A stretch of DNA of 64,000 bases, taken from assembly GCA_028715175.1 (NCBI GenBank), contig JAQUSJ010000001.1:404550-468549 (forward strand). The letters are read 5' to 3'. Under the pieces are notes generated by a model. That model saw only the letters and a list, made by a program, of their open reading frames with translations, made no database searches and was not told the DNA's origin. Origin of the DNA: Candidatus Daviesbacteria bacterium (GTDB lineage: Bacteria; Patescibacteriota; Microgenomatia; Daviesbacterales; UBA10151). Positions 47,208-57,348 of the stretch are shown in pieces (the first letter of the stretch is position 1; each line of letters begins with the position of its first letter). Position numbers and translations under genes: made by a program.

Positions 47208-49442
47208 ATGAAACAAGTTATTGCAGCGCTCCTTGTTATCATAACCATAATTACTCTTTTTGTCGTTGCATTTACTGTTAATCAGGTAGGGGAAGAAGAG
47301 CAAAGACTTAAATCCGACCTGCAATACCGGTCCATGCTTCTTACCGAGAGCCTAAAAGCAACAGTTGAACCGAACCTTACTAGCGAATCAGCAAATTATT
47401 TACAAAGTGCGGTAGAGAAGTTTGCTAATAAGGAAAGGGTCACTGGTTTGGTAATTTATGACAATAAAAGTAAGGTGATGGCGGTTTCTTCTACAATTCT
47501 TGAGGCTACTTCTGCGGCTTCCGAGATAGTTACTAATGCCATGGATGCGGATAAAGCGAATGGAAATTTTGAGACACTGGAAAATAAAAAAGTTTATATT
47601 TTAGCAGTACCAATGCATGATGACAAAAGTGTAGTGGGCGCGTTGATGGTGATACAAAATGCCGGATATATTGATGACCGCTTAAATGAAATCTGGAAAA
47701 ATAATCTTATCAGGTTGGTCGTTCAGGCATCACTGCTCTCTTTTGCTACACTGCTTTTAATACGCTGGATTATTTACAAACCAATCCGTGGTTTGGTTGA
47801 GACATTAAAATTAGCAAGAATGGGAGGATCAGAACAGCTCCCCAAAGGTTTAACAAGCTCTTTTTTCTTTCGACCCCTTGTTGAAGAAATTTCAAATATG
47901 AGAAGCAGTTTAATGGAGGCCAGAATTTCCGCCAGCGAAGAAGCCAGGCTTCGCCTGGAAAAATTAGATTCTCCGTGGACAGCAGAGAGATTGAAGGAAT
48001 TTATCAAAGATATTTTAAAAGGAAGGACTATTTTTATGGTTTCCAACAGGGAGCCTTATATTCACACAAAAACAGGTAGAAAAATCGATTATTATTTTCC
48101 GGCCAGCGGCGTGGTTACGGCAATTGAGCCGGTGATGCAGGCTTGCGGCGGGGTCTGGATTGCCCATGGAAGCGGTGATGCAGACCGGCTGGTTGTTGAT
48201 AGCAACAGCAAAATAAAAGTTCCGCCCGATGAACCAAAATACGTACTGCGGCGTATCTGGTTAACTGAGCAGGAAGAAGTAGGTTATTATTACGGCTTTT
48301 CAAATGAAGCATTATGGCCTCTTTGTCATATAGCTTACCAGAGACCGATCTTTAAAAAAGAAGATTGGGAAGAGTATAAAAAAGTCAATCAAAAGTTTGC
48401 CGATGTTATCCTTTCCGAAATAAAAAACCATGATCGGCCGATTGTTTTAATTCAGGATTTTCACCTGGCTTTGGTTCCGAAAATGGTCAAGATGCAAAGA
48501 CCAGGGGCTGTCGTAGGGATTTTTTGGCATATTCCCTGGTCAAGCCCGGAATCTTTTAGTATCTGCCCCTGGAAAAAGGAAATTTTAGACGGCATGTTGG
48601 GAGCGGATCTTATTGGTTTTCAGACTCAACTTCACTGCAATAATTTTATTGAAACGGCAGGTAGAGAACTTGAATCCCTCATAGATTTTGAACGGTTCGC
48701 AATTACCAGAAGCAACCATACCTCCTATGTCAAACCATTTCCAATCAGTATTGCTTTTCCAGACGGTTTTGATAAAACGAAAGATCTGGATGGAAAAGAG
48801 GAAAAAGAGCGCTTGCTCAAGAGCTTAAGGATTAAGACTAAATATATCGGGCTGGGGATTGACAGGCTTGATTATACCAAAGGAATTTTGGAACGGTTTA
48901 AAGCGATTGAGATTTTCCTAAATAGATACCCGCCTTACAAAGGTAAATTTACCTTTGTCCAAATTGCCGCCCCCAGCAGAACCAGAATTAAAAAATACCG
49001 TGATTTTGCAATTGAGGTAGAAAACGAAGCGGACAGAATCAATGCTTTATTTAAAGCAAAAACCTGGAAGCCGATTATACTTTTGGCAAAACATCACAGC
49101 CACAGTGAAATCCAGAAATTTTACAGAGCGACGGATTTTTGTCTGGTGACATCCTTACATGACGGAATGAATCTGGTGGCAAAAGAATATGTGGCCTCAA
49201 GATATGATGAAAAGGGAGTTTTAATTTTGAGCCAATATACCGGTGCTTCAAGAGAGTTGAAAGATGCCTTGATTGTCAATCCCTACAATGGAGAACAAAC
49301 AGCAGACGCCATAAAGAAAGCGCTGGAGATGACTGCAAAAGAGCAGACCAAAAGGATGCGCAGCATGAGGGAAATAATCAAAAATTATAATGTTTACCGC
49401 TGGTCGGCAGAACTTTTAAAGACTATAGTCAATTTAGGGTAA
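47208..49442 (+). CDS. otsA: Membrane sensor (TM-periplasmic domain-TM-HAMP-like) fused to trehalose-6-phosphate synthase (GT20)
   Basis: Two TM helices (res about 5-23 and about 165-190) bracket a roughly 140-aa extracytoplasmic domain. The GT20 catalytic domain follows (FMVSNREPY, GIFWHIPW, LHDGMNLVAKEY). Confidence 0.8.
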   Translation: MKQVIAALLVIITIITLFVVAFTVNQVGEEEQRLKSDLQYRSMLLTESLKATVEPNLTSESANYLQSAVEKFANKERVTGLVIYDNKSKVMAVSSTILEATSAASEIVTNAMDADKANGNFETLENKKVYILAVPMHDDKSVVGALMVIQNAGYIDDRLNEIWKNNLIRLVVQASLLSFATLLLIRWIIYKPIRGLVETLKLARMGGSEQLPKGLTSSFFFRPLVEEISNMRSSLMEARISASEEARLRLEKLDSPWTAERLKEFIKDILKGRTIFMVSNREPYIHTKTGRKIDYYFPASGVVTAIEPVMQACGGVWIAHGSGDADRLVVDSNSKIKVPPDEPKYVLRRIWLTEQEEVGYYYGFSNEALWPLCHIAYQRPIFKKEDWEEYKKVNQKFADVILSEIKNHDRPIVLIQDFHLALVPKMVKMQRPGAVVGIFWHIPWSSPESFSICPWKKEILDGMLGADLIGFQTQLHCNNFIETAGRELESLIDFERFAITRSNHTSYVKPFPISIAFPDGFDKTKDLDGKEEKERLLKSLRIKTKYIGLGIDRLDYTKGILERFKAIEIFLNRYPPYKGKFTFVQIAAPSRTRIKKYRDFAIEVENEADRINALFKAKTWKPIILLAKHHSHSEIQKFYRATDFCLVTSLHDGMNLVAKEYVASRYDEKGVLILSQYTGASRELKDALIVNPYNGEQTADAIKKALEMTAKEQTKRMRSMREIIKNYNVYRWSAELLKTIVNLG

Positions 49443-49444
49443 TT

Positions 49445-50230
49445 ATGGATTTATGGAAAGATTTAAACAAAATTACCGCTCTTTTTAAGAGAGGCCCCAT
49501 AAAAATTTTAATGCTGGATTTTGACGGCACTTTAGCTCCGATTGCCGGATCTCCGGATAAAGCAAAGCTTTCAAAAGAATCTAAAAATTTATTAATCAAG
49601 CTTAGCAAAAAGAAGGGGTTTTATTTGGCAATTATCAGCGGTAGAAGCTTAAGCGAGCTGAAAAAGAAAGTTAACTTAAAAAACATCATCTATGCTGGCA
49701 ATCATGGGTTGGAGGGAGAAATTTTTCAGCAAAAGTATGCCTTTCCTGTCCCGGACAAAGCTTTAATGACTTTAAAAAATATCCGCGGGCAACTTGATAA
49801 AATAGCCGGCCGGTTTAAAGGGGTCTTTATTGAGGATAAAGGTTTAACATTAAGTTTTCACTACCGGCTGGTCAGTAAACAACAAGTACCTCCTGTTAAA
49901 TTACTTTTTAAGAAAACGCTGAAGTCTTATCTTAAAACTGGCTTAATTTATATCATGACGGGAAAAATGGTCTTTGATGTACGACCAAGACTAAATTGGA
50001 ATAAAGGCAGTTTTGCAAAGCTGGTAATTAACCAAATACATATACAAACAAAAACAATACCGGTCGTCGTTTTTATTGGTGACGACAAAACCGATGAGGA
50101 CGTTTTTCAAAAAGTTGGAAAAGGAATTACTATAAAAGTAGGCGGTGATTACCGGTCAAACGCTAAGTATCGGTTTAGTAATACCAAAGATGTTTTTAAG
50201 TTTCTTGAGTGGATAGCAGATAATTTCTAG
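49445..50230 (+). CDS. otsB: Trehalose-6-phosphate phosphatase (HAD family)
   Basis: LMLDFDGTLAPI (HAD motif I), ISGRS and GDDKTDED (motif III). Confidence 0.8.
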   Translation: MDLWKDLNKITALFKRGPIKILMLDFDGTLAPIAGSPDKAKLSKESKNLLIKLSKKKGFYLAIISGRSLSELKKKVNLKNIIYAGNHGLEGEIFQQKYAFPVPDKALMTLKNIRGQLDKIAGRFKGVFIEDKGLTLSFHYRLVSKQQVPPVKLLFKKTLKSYLKTGLIYIMTGKMVFDVRPRLNWNKGSFAKLVINQIHIQTKTIPVVVFIGDDKTDEDVFQKVGKGITIKVGGDYRSNAKYRFSNTKDVFKFLEWIADNF

Positions 50231-50263
50231 TCACTATAAATAATTTTCTGATATAGTAAATAT

Positions 50264-51475
50264 ATGGCGGATATAAAAGAGGAATGTCGTCGGATTTTTT
50301 CAAATAACCGACGTAAAGTTAGAGATCTTCAATATACCGTTCCTTCTCCCAGCGCTTATCCATATCAGTGGCTATGGGATTCTTGCTTTCATGCCATAAT
50401 TTTGGTTCACTTTAAAACAGGTGATGCAAAAAAAGAAATTCTGTCGCTTTTGTCAAAACAGTTTCAAAATGGGATGATCCCTCATATGATTTATTGGAAA
50501 AAATATAAAAAGACCAATTTCCCCCGGATTAAGTGGGGAAAAGAAGAAACCAGTACTATTACTCAACCGCCAATGCTCGCATTTGCAGTGTGGCAGATTT
50601 TTCAAAAGGAAAAAGATAAACTTTTCTTAAGATCGGTTTATCCTCATCTTTACCACTTTTACAGATATTTGCTAACCGAGCGCGATCCTCATGAAAATCA
50701 TCTGATTGGAATTATGAATTCTGATGAATCCGGCGAAGACAACTCTCCCAGATTTGATTTACCTTTAGGATTACCGCCGGTGCAGACTCTAAAAGAAAAT
50801 ATTAAAAGAAGGCTCAAATTAGTGGCTCAAAATATTGAGTGTAAATTTGATGCCCCATTTTGTATGAGGAATTTTTTCTGGGTTAAAGATATATCTTTTA
50901 ATTCCATTATGGTAGCAAATTTAGCTTTTTTGGCAAAACTTGCCGGGGAGTTGGGTAACAGCGAGGATGCTGCCTATTTTATTAAAGTAGCAGAAGATAT
51001 ATCTTCTGCTATGAGACAATTTATGCGGGAAGATGGTGTTTTTTACTCAACTTATGGGGAGGAATACAAAAAGATTAAAGTTAAGACTTGGGCCATATTT
51101 GCTCCGCTTTTTGCTAAAATCCTTAAGCCTCAGGAGGCGAAACAATTAGTTAATCGGCACTTGCTTAACAAGAAGGAGTTTTGGACGAATTTTCCGATTC
51201 CTACTACTTCTTTAGATGAACCGTCCTTTGACCCCCAAGGCTATTGGAGAGGACCGACATGGATAGCGACTAATTGGTTTGTCTATAAGGGTTTGTTAAA
51301 TTACGGCTTCCGGGACATAGCAGAAGAGATTAAAAAATCCTCTACTGGTTTAATTCAAAAATCCGGCTTCCGTGAATATTTTAATCCCCAAACAGGGGAG
51401 GGATTAGGGGCAGAGAATTTTACTTGGGGCGGGCTAGTTATAGATATGGATGGATTTGGTACAATTAATGAGTGA
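50264..51475 (+). CDS. Six-hairpin (alpha/alpha)6 glycoside hydrolase (GH63/GH37/GH15-like; trehalase or glucosylglycerate-hydrolase-like)
   Basis: YQWLWDSCFHAIIL and later WRGPTWIATNWFVYKGL resemble (alpha/alpha)6-barrel glycosidase motifs. Placement after otsAB. Confidence 0.5.
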   Translation: MADIKEECRRIFSNNRRKVRDLQYTVPSPSAYPYQWLWDSCFHAIILVHFKTGDAKKEILSLLSKQFQNGMIPHMIYWKKYKKTNFPRIKWGKEETSTITQPPMLAFAVWQIFQKEKDKLFLRSVYPHLYHFYRYLLTERDPHENHLIGIMNSDESGEDNSPRFDLPLGLPPVQTLKENIKRRLKLVAQNIECKFDAPFCMRNFFWVKDISFNSIMVANLAFLAKLAGELGNSEDAAYFIKVAEDISSAMRQFMREDGVFYSTYGEEYKKIKVKTWAIFAPLFAKILKPQEAKQLVNRHLLNKKEFWTNFPIPTTSLDEPSFDPQGYWRGPTWIATNWFVYKGLLNYGFRDIAEEIKKSSTGLIQKSGFREYFNPQTGEGLGAENFTWGGLVIDMDGFGTINE

Positions 51476-52695
51476 GAAGCATACTTAAACAAACTTCCTG
51501 GTTGTTTTTTTTTCAAACTATAACCAGAATAATAGGCTTTTTCTATGTGATTTATTTAGCCAGGATTTTAGGCGTTTTTGATTTTGGTTTACTAACCGCT
51601 GCTCTGGCATATTTTTCAATCATTTCTTCTATTGCCGACTTTGGATTTAACAGATTTTTAATCAGGGAAGTTGCAAGAGACAGGTTGCAGGCGCCTCAAC
51701 TCATTTGTAATGTGGCTGTATTTCGATTAACGCTAACTTCGGTTTTATTCGCGGTATTTTCTATATTTTTGTATGCGTTGGATCAGGATAAAATGAGGAT
51801 TAGCTTGATTTTGTTGGCGACACTGGCGATTTTACCTCAATCTATTGCCTTTACCTTTGATGCAATTTTCGTTGCAATTCAAAAATTGCAGTTTTCTGCC
51901 GGCGCTCTTTTTATCTCCAGTTTAACAACCGCCCTTGCCGGTTTAATCTTAATTGAAAACGGTTTTGGTGTTTGGGGCGCAGTGAATGCTTTAATTCTGG
52001 GGCAGTTTATTTATGCGGCTACCCTAACTTATCTTTTATATAGACAACAAGGGATATTTTTATCGGCGGTTAAATCACGCGTAATTAAGGAGGCAATACT
52101 GGGGTCTTTGCCTTATGGTTTACTTTCGGTATTAGGGCTCTTGTATTTCAGGATTGATAGCGTTTTACTTTCTTATATCAAAGGAAATTTCGAGACGGGC
52201 ATTTACGGAGTTGCCTATAAGTTTTTAGAAGCTGTGATATTTATTCCCGGAGCTTTTTCGCTGGCTCTGTTTCCAATTTTGGCGAAGCTGCATGATGACA
52301 GGACAGATGAAATGAGAAAGCTATATTTTAAGAGCATTAAGCTGATGGGGGTAGTAGGCATAATGTTATTTCTCGTATATTTTTTGATATTGCCTTCATT
52401 AATAAGACTTTTTTTGCCAAATTATTTGCAATCTATAGAAGCCATAAGGATACTTTCTTTTTCAATTCCGTTTATATTTATAGCTGCTCCCGGCGTACAA
52501 GTTTTATTATCATCCGAAAAATATTTAAAATTAGTGGTATTGCTTTCGCTTTTTACAGTAGCATTTAACATTATATTGAACCTGATTTTTATTCCACAAT
52601 TTGGGTTTAGGGCAGCAGCCTGGATTACGGTTGCATCGGATATACTTTCTTTTGCAATCTTTTACCTGCTGATTGTTAAGAAGATTTTTAAATGA
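51472..52695 (+). CDS. Oligosaccharide flippase (Wzx/MOP superfamily polysaccharide biosynthesis protein)
   Basis: 12-14 TM helices. N-terminus FFQTITRIIGFFYVIYLARILGVFDFG is typical of Wzx/PST transporters. Confidence 0.7.
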   Translation: MRSILKQTSWLFFFQTITRIIGFFYVIYLARILGVFDFGLLTAALAYFSIISSIADFGFNRFLIREVARDRLQAPQLICNVAVFRLTLTSVLFAVFSIFLYALDQDKMRISLILLATLAILPQSIAFTFDAIFVAIQKLQFSAGALFISSLTTALAGLILIENGFGVWGAVNALILGQFIYAATLTYLLYRQQGIFLSAVKSRVIKEAILGSLPYGLLSVLGLLYFRIDSVLLSYIKGNFETGIYGVAYKFLEAVIFIPGAFSLALFPILAKLHDDRTDEMRKLYFKSIKLMGVVGIMLFLVYFLILPSLIRLFLPNYLQSIEAIRILSFSIPFIFIAAPGVQVLLSSEKYLKLVVLLSLFTVAFNIILNLIFIPQFGFRAAAWITVASDILSFAIFYLLIVKKIFK

Positions 52696-53672
52696 AAAAA
52701 ATTAGGGCTTCGGTAGTAATCCCAAACTGGAATGGAAAAAATTTATTGGAAGATTGTCTGCAGTCTTTGGAAAATCAAAGCCTTAAGGATTTTGAAATAA
52801 TTCTGGTGGATAATGGTTCGGAAGACGAGTCAATAAAGTATGCACAGGATAATTTTCCTCAAGTAAAGATAATTAAATTGGAGAGGAATTTTGGTTTTGC
52901 CAGGGCTATTAATGAAGGGGTTAAAGCCTCAGTTGCCGAGTATGTAGTATTTTTGAACAATGATACGGAAGTTGATAAAGAATGGTTGAAAAATCTAATT
53001 TATTGTGCTAGAGGGTATCCCGAGGTAATTTCTGTTAATTCCAAACTATTAAATTTTTATGACAGGAAGATAATAGACGGGGTAGGAATTTTGATTAATG
53101 AGATAGGTCAGGCCAGGTCTGTTGGTTGGCAAGAAAAAGACCTTGGTCAGTTTGATAAGGAGCAGTATATTTTTGGGGCAACCGGCGGGGCGTCGCTTTT
53201 TAGAAGGGCAGATTTTATTAAAGTAGGGGGGTTTGATGAAAATTATTTTATGTATTCGGAGGAAGTTGATTTTGCCTTTAGGGCTCAGTTTCAAGGATAC
53301 AAGTCAATTTTTTGTTCCAAAGCAGTGGTATACCACAAGCATAAGGCCTCGGCCCGGGGAAAACCGCAACATATTGAATATTGGCAGTTTCGCAACATGA
53401 CCCAGACAATTATTAAAGATTTTCCAACGAGCGTTTTATTTAAAAGATGGCGATGGTTAAAAATAATTGCCGTGCATTTAAATACAATTTTTTATCAAGT
53501 TAGAAATGGATATTTTTGGCCACCGCTTTTGGCTATGCTTTGGATACTTTTTCACCTGCCTAAACTTTTAGATGAAAGAAGGAAAATCCAGATAAATAGA
53601 AAAGTAAGTGATGAATATATTGAAAATTTTTTGAAAGAAAAGAAGATTACTTTTTGGGGATTGTGGAGATAA
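52692..53672 (+). CDS. Glycosyltransferase family 2
   Basis: SVVIPNWNG, VDNGSEDES and FLNNDTEV (DXD) motifs. Confidence 0.85.
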   Translation: MKKIRASVVIPNWNGKNLLEDCLQSLENQSLKDFEIILVDNGSEDESIKYAQDNFPQVKIIKLERNFGFARAINEGVKASVAEYVVFLNNDTEVDKEWLKNLIYCARGYPEVISVNSKLLNFYDRKIIDGVGILINEIGQARSVGWQEKDLGQFDKEQYIFGATGGASLFRRADFIKVGGFDENYFMYSEEVDFAFRAQFQGYKSIFCSKAVVYHKHKASARGKPQHIEYWQFRNMTQTIIKDFPTSVLFKRWRWLKIIAVHLNTIFYQVRNGYFWPPLLAMLWILFHLPKLLDERRKIQINRKVSDEYIENFLKEKKITFWGLWR

Positions 53673-54795
53673 TCATTATCCAGGCGAGGATCGGAGGATA
53701 GAAGAAACTGTTGGCAAAAAAGGAATGGATAAGCAGTCCGGTAAGTCCTGAGATTAAAATTAAATTCTTGCCGGTTGAAGATTTGATGAGAGTCCATAAG
53801 AAATAAAGATAGGAAATCAGCCCCAGAATGCCGGTTGTTGATGCTACAAAGAGAAGGGAAGAGTCGTTGCTGGAAGCGCCGTGGCTTTTTAGAAATTGTT
53901 CATCTCCTAAGCTATATTCTCTGATTGCATACCTGTAGGTATTAAATCCTATTCCTAAAATAGGATTTTTTTGGAAAATTTGAAAACCCTGTTGCCATGT
54001 ATTAAGACGCAGTGAGGCAGATTGTTCTCTATTGATATTTCGCGGTGTAGCCACAAGACGGTTGTAAATTTGAAAACTCAGCAGCAAGAAAGTAAAAAGA
54101 AGCAAAGTTATGATGACATATTTTTTTGATTTTTTAGAAAGAGAAAATGTTAAACCGCTGACTAAAAACATAAAATAACTGCTACGGGAGAAAGTAGTTA
54201 AGAGAGCTGCATAAGTTATTATAAAAAACAGTGTATTCCATTTCTTGGCCATTGCCAAATTTTGGAATATTAATATTAAAGTCAGGACCAGAAAAGCTCC
54301 GGCAAAATTTGGGTCTAAAAAAGTGGAAACAGTTCTATAGTAGTGCGGATCCCATCCACTTGTTGATAAAAATCTTAAATCAGGCAAAAATATAAATTGC
54401 AAAAATCCCAGTACTGCAAAAGAAATTCCGGCAAGCAAAAGTGTTTTTTGTAAACTTTTCCTGAAATCACCAAATGCATCTGAAAAGATAAGCCAGGCAA
54501 TGAGAATATACAGAGCAAAACGGATAATATACAAAAAACCGGTAATATATTCATTTAATTTAAGATGTAAAGGAGTAAGAACAAGGGAAGCAATTGCCAG
54601 GGAAATGAAAATAAGCGCTGCGGTAATCCGGGCAGGGGGTTTGCGGAGTTGGAGTTTTATTTTGAGTAATCCCCACAGACAGAAAAAAGTTATAGTAATA
54701 TCTAAAATTGTGATGCCGCCATTTGCAAAAGGTATCCTAATCAATTGACCCGCTGATATGGCGAATGCTAGAATTAAACCTAAAAGATTGGTCAT
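53647..54795 (-). CDS. O-antigen ligase/polymerase-like membrane protein (Wzy_C-like)
   Basis: Polytopic membrane protein with a large loop. The 3' end overlaps the GT2 gene by 26 nt (convergent). Confidence 0.5.
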   Translation of the reverse strand: MTNLLGLILAFAISAGQLIRIPFANGGITILDITITFFCLWGLLKIKLQLRKPPARITAALIFISLAIASLVLTPLHLKLNEYITGFLYIIRFALYILIAWLIFSDAFGDFRKSLQKTLLLAGISFAVLGFLQFIFLPDLRFLSTSGWDPHYYRTVSTFLDPNFAGAFLVLTLILIFQNLAMAKKWNTLFFIITYAALLTTFSRSSYFMFLVSGLTFSLSKKSKKYVIITLLLFTFLLLSFQIYNRLVATPRNINREQSASLRLNTWQQGFQIFQKNPILGIGFNTYRYAIREYSLGDEQFLKSHGASSNDSSLLFVASTTGILGLISYLYFLWTLIKSSTGKNLILISGLTGLLIHSFFANSFFYPPILAWIMIISTIPKK

Positions 54796-54809
54796 GCAAT
54801 ATACTTTTT

Positions 54810-55850
54810 ATGAAATTTTATTCTAAAGTTGTTTCCATATTCATCATTTGGCTTGTATCGGTTTTGTTTATTACCTATTTTGGTTTTTCTACTTTACCAC
54901 ATTCCAATAAATTTGAGTATGATTTTTTTGGAAGTTTCGGCAATTGGGACGGCGGACACTTCCTGGGAATTGCCAAAGCAGGTTACAGCCAAAAATTCCA
55001 GTATGCTTTTTTTCCGTTGTATCCTTTGGCGATTAAAGTCTTAAGTTTAGTGACCCACAATTATTTGCTGGCAGCGGTTTTGATAAGTATGGTTGCAACT
55101 TTTTTAGGATTGAATCTTTTGTATAAGCTGGTGATAGAGGATTTTGACAAGAAAATTGCTACAGAAACGGTTTTAATTTTTTTATTTTTTCCCACGTCTT
55201 TCTTTTTATTGACCGCTTATTCCGAAGGATTATTCTTTTTTCTGGCCGTTTTGACGTTTTATCTTTTGCGGCAAAAAAAAATATTTTGGGGAGTTACCGC
55301 AGCCGCTTTAGTTTCCGCCAGCAGACTAGCCGGTCTGGCAGTAGTAGCAGGATTAATAACAGAGGTGATATTGACTCAAGGGTTTAACCGTAAAAATTGG
55401 TACATAATATTTGCTCCGGCAGGATTTGTGATCTATTGTGTTTATCTTTATCTCCAGACAGGCGACCCGTTTTATTTTATTACGGCTGAAAATCATTGGC
55501 AAAGAACATTGGCCGTACCAACAGCCGGTTTCTGGCAAGCCTTAACAAATGTCACAAGTTTTAATATTTTCCTTGATTTAATTTTTGCCATACTGGGAGT
55601 GGGGTTTGCTGTAAGGTCTTTGCGGTTTTTATCTCCTTCCCTGGCTATTTATAGTTTACTGTCGGTCGGTATCCCTCTTTTTACCGCCACCCTTTCATCG
55701 ATGCCGCGATTTCTACTGCCTGTATTTCCGATATTTATTTTAATGGCATTAATAAAAAAACCGCTGGTAAGCATAAGTCTGCGGGTTTTTTCTATTATGT
55801 TGCTGGCGGAATTCAGCACTTTATTTATAACCGGCTACTTTGTTTCTTAA
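54810..55850 (+). CDS. Polytopic membrane protein, putative GT-C-type mannosyl/glycosyltransferase
   Basis: ATG 54810 is preferred (divergent, 14 nt from the start of the minus-strand gene). Multiple TM helices with an early acidic/aromatic loop (FGNWDGGHF). Confidence 0.4.
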   Translation: MKFYSKVVSIFIIWLVSVLFITYFGFSTLPHSNKFEYDFFGSFGNWDGGHFLGIAKAGYSQKFQYAFFPLYPLAIKVLSLVTHNYLLAAVLISMVATFLGLNLLYKLVIEDFDKKIATETVLIFLFFPTSFFLLTAYSEGLFFFLAVLTFYLLRQKKIFWGVTAAALVSASRLAGLAVVAGLITEVILTQGFNRKNWYIIFAPAGFVIYCVYLYLQTGDPFYFITAENHWQRTLAVPTAGFWQALTNVTSFNIFLDLIFAILGVGFAVRSLRFLSPSLAIYSLLSVGIPLFTATLSSMPRFLLPVFPIFILMALIKKPLVSISLRVFSIMLLAEFSTLFITGYFVS

Positions 55851-56578
55851 GGACTATAGTTAATTATTCTTTGGACTTCACTTTGATTTAAAGCAGAATC
55901 CTGTGCTTTTATGGAAATAGTATTATCGCCGTCGTTTAAAGATTGGTCAATTGTGAAACTCCCGTCACCGTTGACAATCGCCTGGGTATTGTTGACAAAG
56001 ACTTTTGCGCCAGGCTCGGTTTTACCTGAAACTTTTACTTTCCTGTCGCCGCCCTGGATTTTTTTGTTGTCTTCGGGTTCGCTTACGATAAGAGACGGTT
56101 TTTCGCTGTCGTAAATTAATTTAATGGTTTTTGATGGTAAGCTTTCTTTTTCCTGTTCGTCCAAAGTAGTGCCGTAGATGTTATTTATGCCGAGATATAA
56201 AGTTACGTTTGCAAAAGTAAAGCTGCCCTCACTTGAGACATCAACAGTTTGTAGTGACTCACCGTCAATATAAAGCCTGACGCGGGAGCCGGGACTTGCA
56301 AATCCTTGAATATCAATTTGAGCAGAATTTGTAGCCTCGAAAGGAATATTTAAAACCGGCGGAGCCAGGGAAGCATTTTGGGCTGATTTAGGAGTTAGTG
56401 CCTGGGGAGGTTTGATAATATTTTTAATAACCCCAACGCTGCCGATGAAGTACGGTAAAACCCAGTTTAAGGTGGCATAGATTAAAAATATGATGATAAC
56501 TAAAGTAACTATGAAATTCCTTCTACTTTTGCGGGCTAATCTTCTGGTTGATCTTCTGGAGCGGTATCTATAGCTCAT
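55847..56578 (-). CDS. Hypothetical membrane-anchored protein with beta-rich extracytoplasmic domain
   Basis: Arg-rich N-terminus then a TM helix. No motif recognised. Confidence 0.45.
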   Translation of the reverse strand: MSYRYRSRRSTRRLARKSRRNFIVTLVIIIFLIYATLNWVLPYFIGSVGVIKNIIKPPQALTPKSAQNASLAPPVLNIPFEATNSAQIDIQGFASPGSRVRLYIDGESLQTVDVSSEGSFTFANVTLYLGINNIYGTTLDEQEKESLPSKTIKLIYDSEKPSLIVSEPEDNKKIQGGDRKVKVSGKTEPGAKVFVNNTQAIVNGDGSFTIDQSLNDGDNTISIKAQDSALNQSEVQRIINYSP

Positions 56579-56617
56579 ATTCAGAGTATATCAAAATCTG
56601 GTAAAATGTGACGGATA

Positions 56618-56691
56618 GCGGGATTGGTTCAGTGGTAGAATACCGCCTTCCCAAGGCGGGGACGCGAGTTCGATTCTCGTATCCCGCTCCA
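56618..56691 (+). tRNA. tRNA-Gly (anticodon CCC), CCA encoded
   Basis: Acceptor GCGGGAT/ATCCCGC, anticodon stem CCGCC/GGCGG with loop TTCCCAA, T-loop GTTCGATTC. TAAAAT -10 about 12 nt upstream. Confidence 0.85.
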
Positions 56692-56748
56692 AAAGTGACA
56701 GAAATGTACAGAAAATTACATTAAATTACAATAAGGGAGGTGAGAAAA

Positions 56749-57147
56749 ATGGAAGAAAAAGGAACTATTATCTGGAACGAATTAGTAACAGCAGATCAAA
56801 AGAAAGCAGGAGATTTTTACAGCGGTTTGCTAGGTTGGACTAGAAAAGAAGTTGATGCTGGCCCATTAGGTACGTATACACTTTTTCAGAAAGATGGTAA
56901 AGATGTTGCAGGAATGATGAACCCAACTGCAACAGATTACGAACAAGCATCTAAACCACCCCGTTGGAATGCCTATATTGCAGTGGATAACATTGACGAA
57001 GTCACGGCTCGCGTAACAGAACTTGGAGGTAGAGTTTTAGAACTGGTTAACGATGTGCCTGGAACTGGAAAAATTAGCATGATTGCAGATCCAACTGGGG
57101 CAATGATCTTGCTTATGCAGCCAGAGCCAACGCCAGAAAATCCTTAA
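56749..57147 (+). CDS. VOC-family (glyoxalase/bleomycin-resistance fold) protein
   Basis: WNELVTADQKKAGDFYSGLLGW...GGRVLELVNDVPGTG is typical of small VOC proteins. AAGGGAGG SD 8 nt before ATG 56749. Confidence 0.7.
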   Translation: MEEKGTIIWNELVTADQKKAGDFYSGLLGWTRKEVDAGPLGTYTLFQKDGKDVAGMMNPTATDYEQASKPPRWNAYIAVDNIDEVTARVTELGGRVLELVNDVPGTGKISMIADPTGAMILLMQPEPTPENP

Positions 57148-57276
57148 AGATAGGGTTTTAGTTGGTGGCAGAGAAGGATGTTATGCCCATATAATCTTTA
57201 AGAGCTTGAATCTGCAATCCCAATTCGGGTGTTACAAGTGTCCTTAGGTTCGAGCGAAGTACGGTCACCAGCTCCA

Positions 57277-57348
57277 GCCGGTGTAGCTTAGTGGAAAAGC
57301 ACCACTTTCGTAAAGTGGGGAGCGACGGTTCGATCCCGTCCACCGGCT
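57277..57348 (+). tRNA. tRNA-Thr (anticodon CGT)
   Basis: Acceptor GCCGGTG/CACCGGC, D-arm GCTTAGTGGAAAAAGC, anticodon stem CCACT/AGTGG with loop TTCGTAA, T-arm GACGGTTCGATCCCGTC. Confidence 0.8.

Noticed and set aside
57158-57343. 61-aa minus-strand ORF
   Set aside because: Antisense to tRNA-Thr and its upstream region. Spurious.
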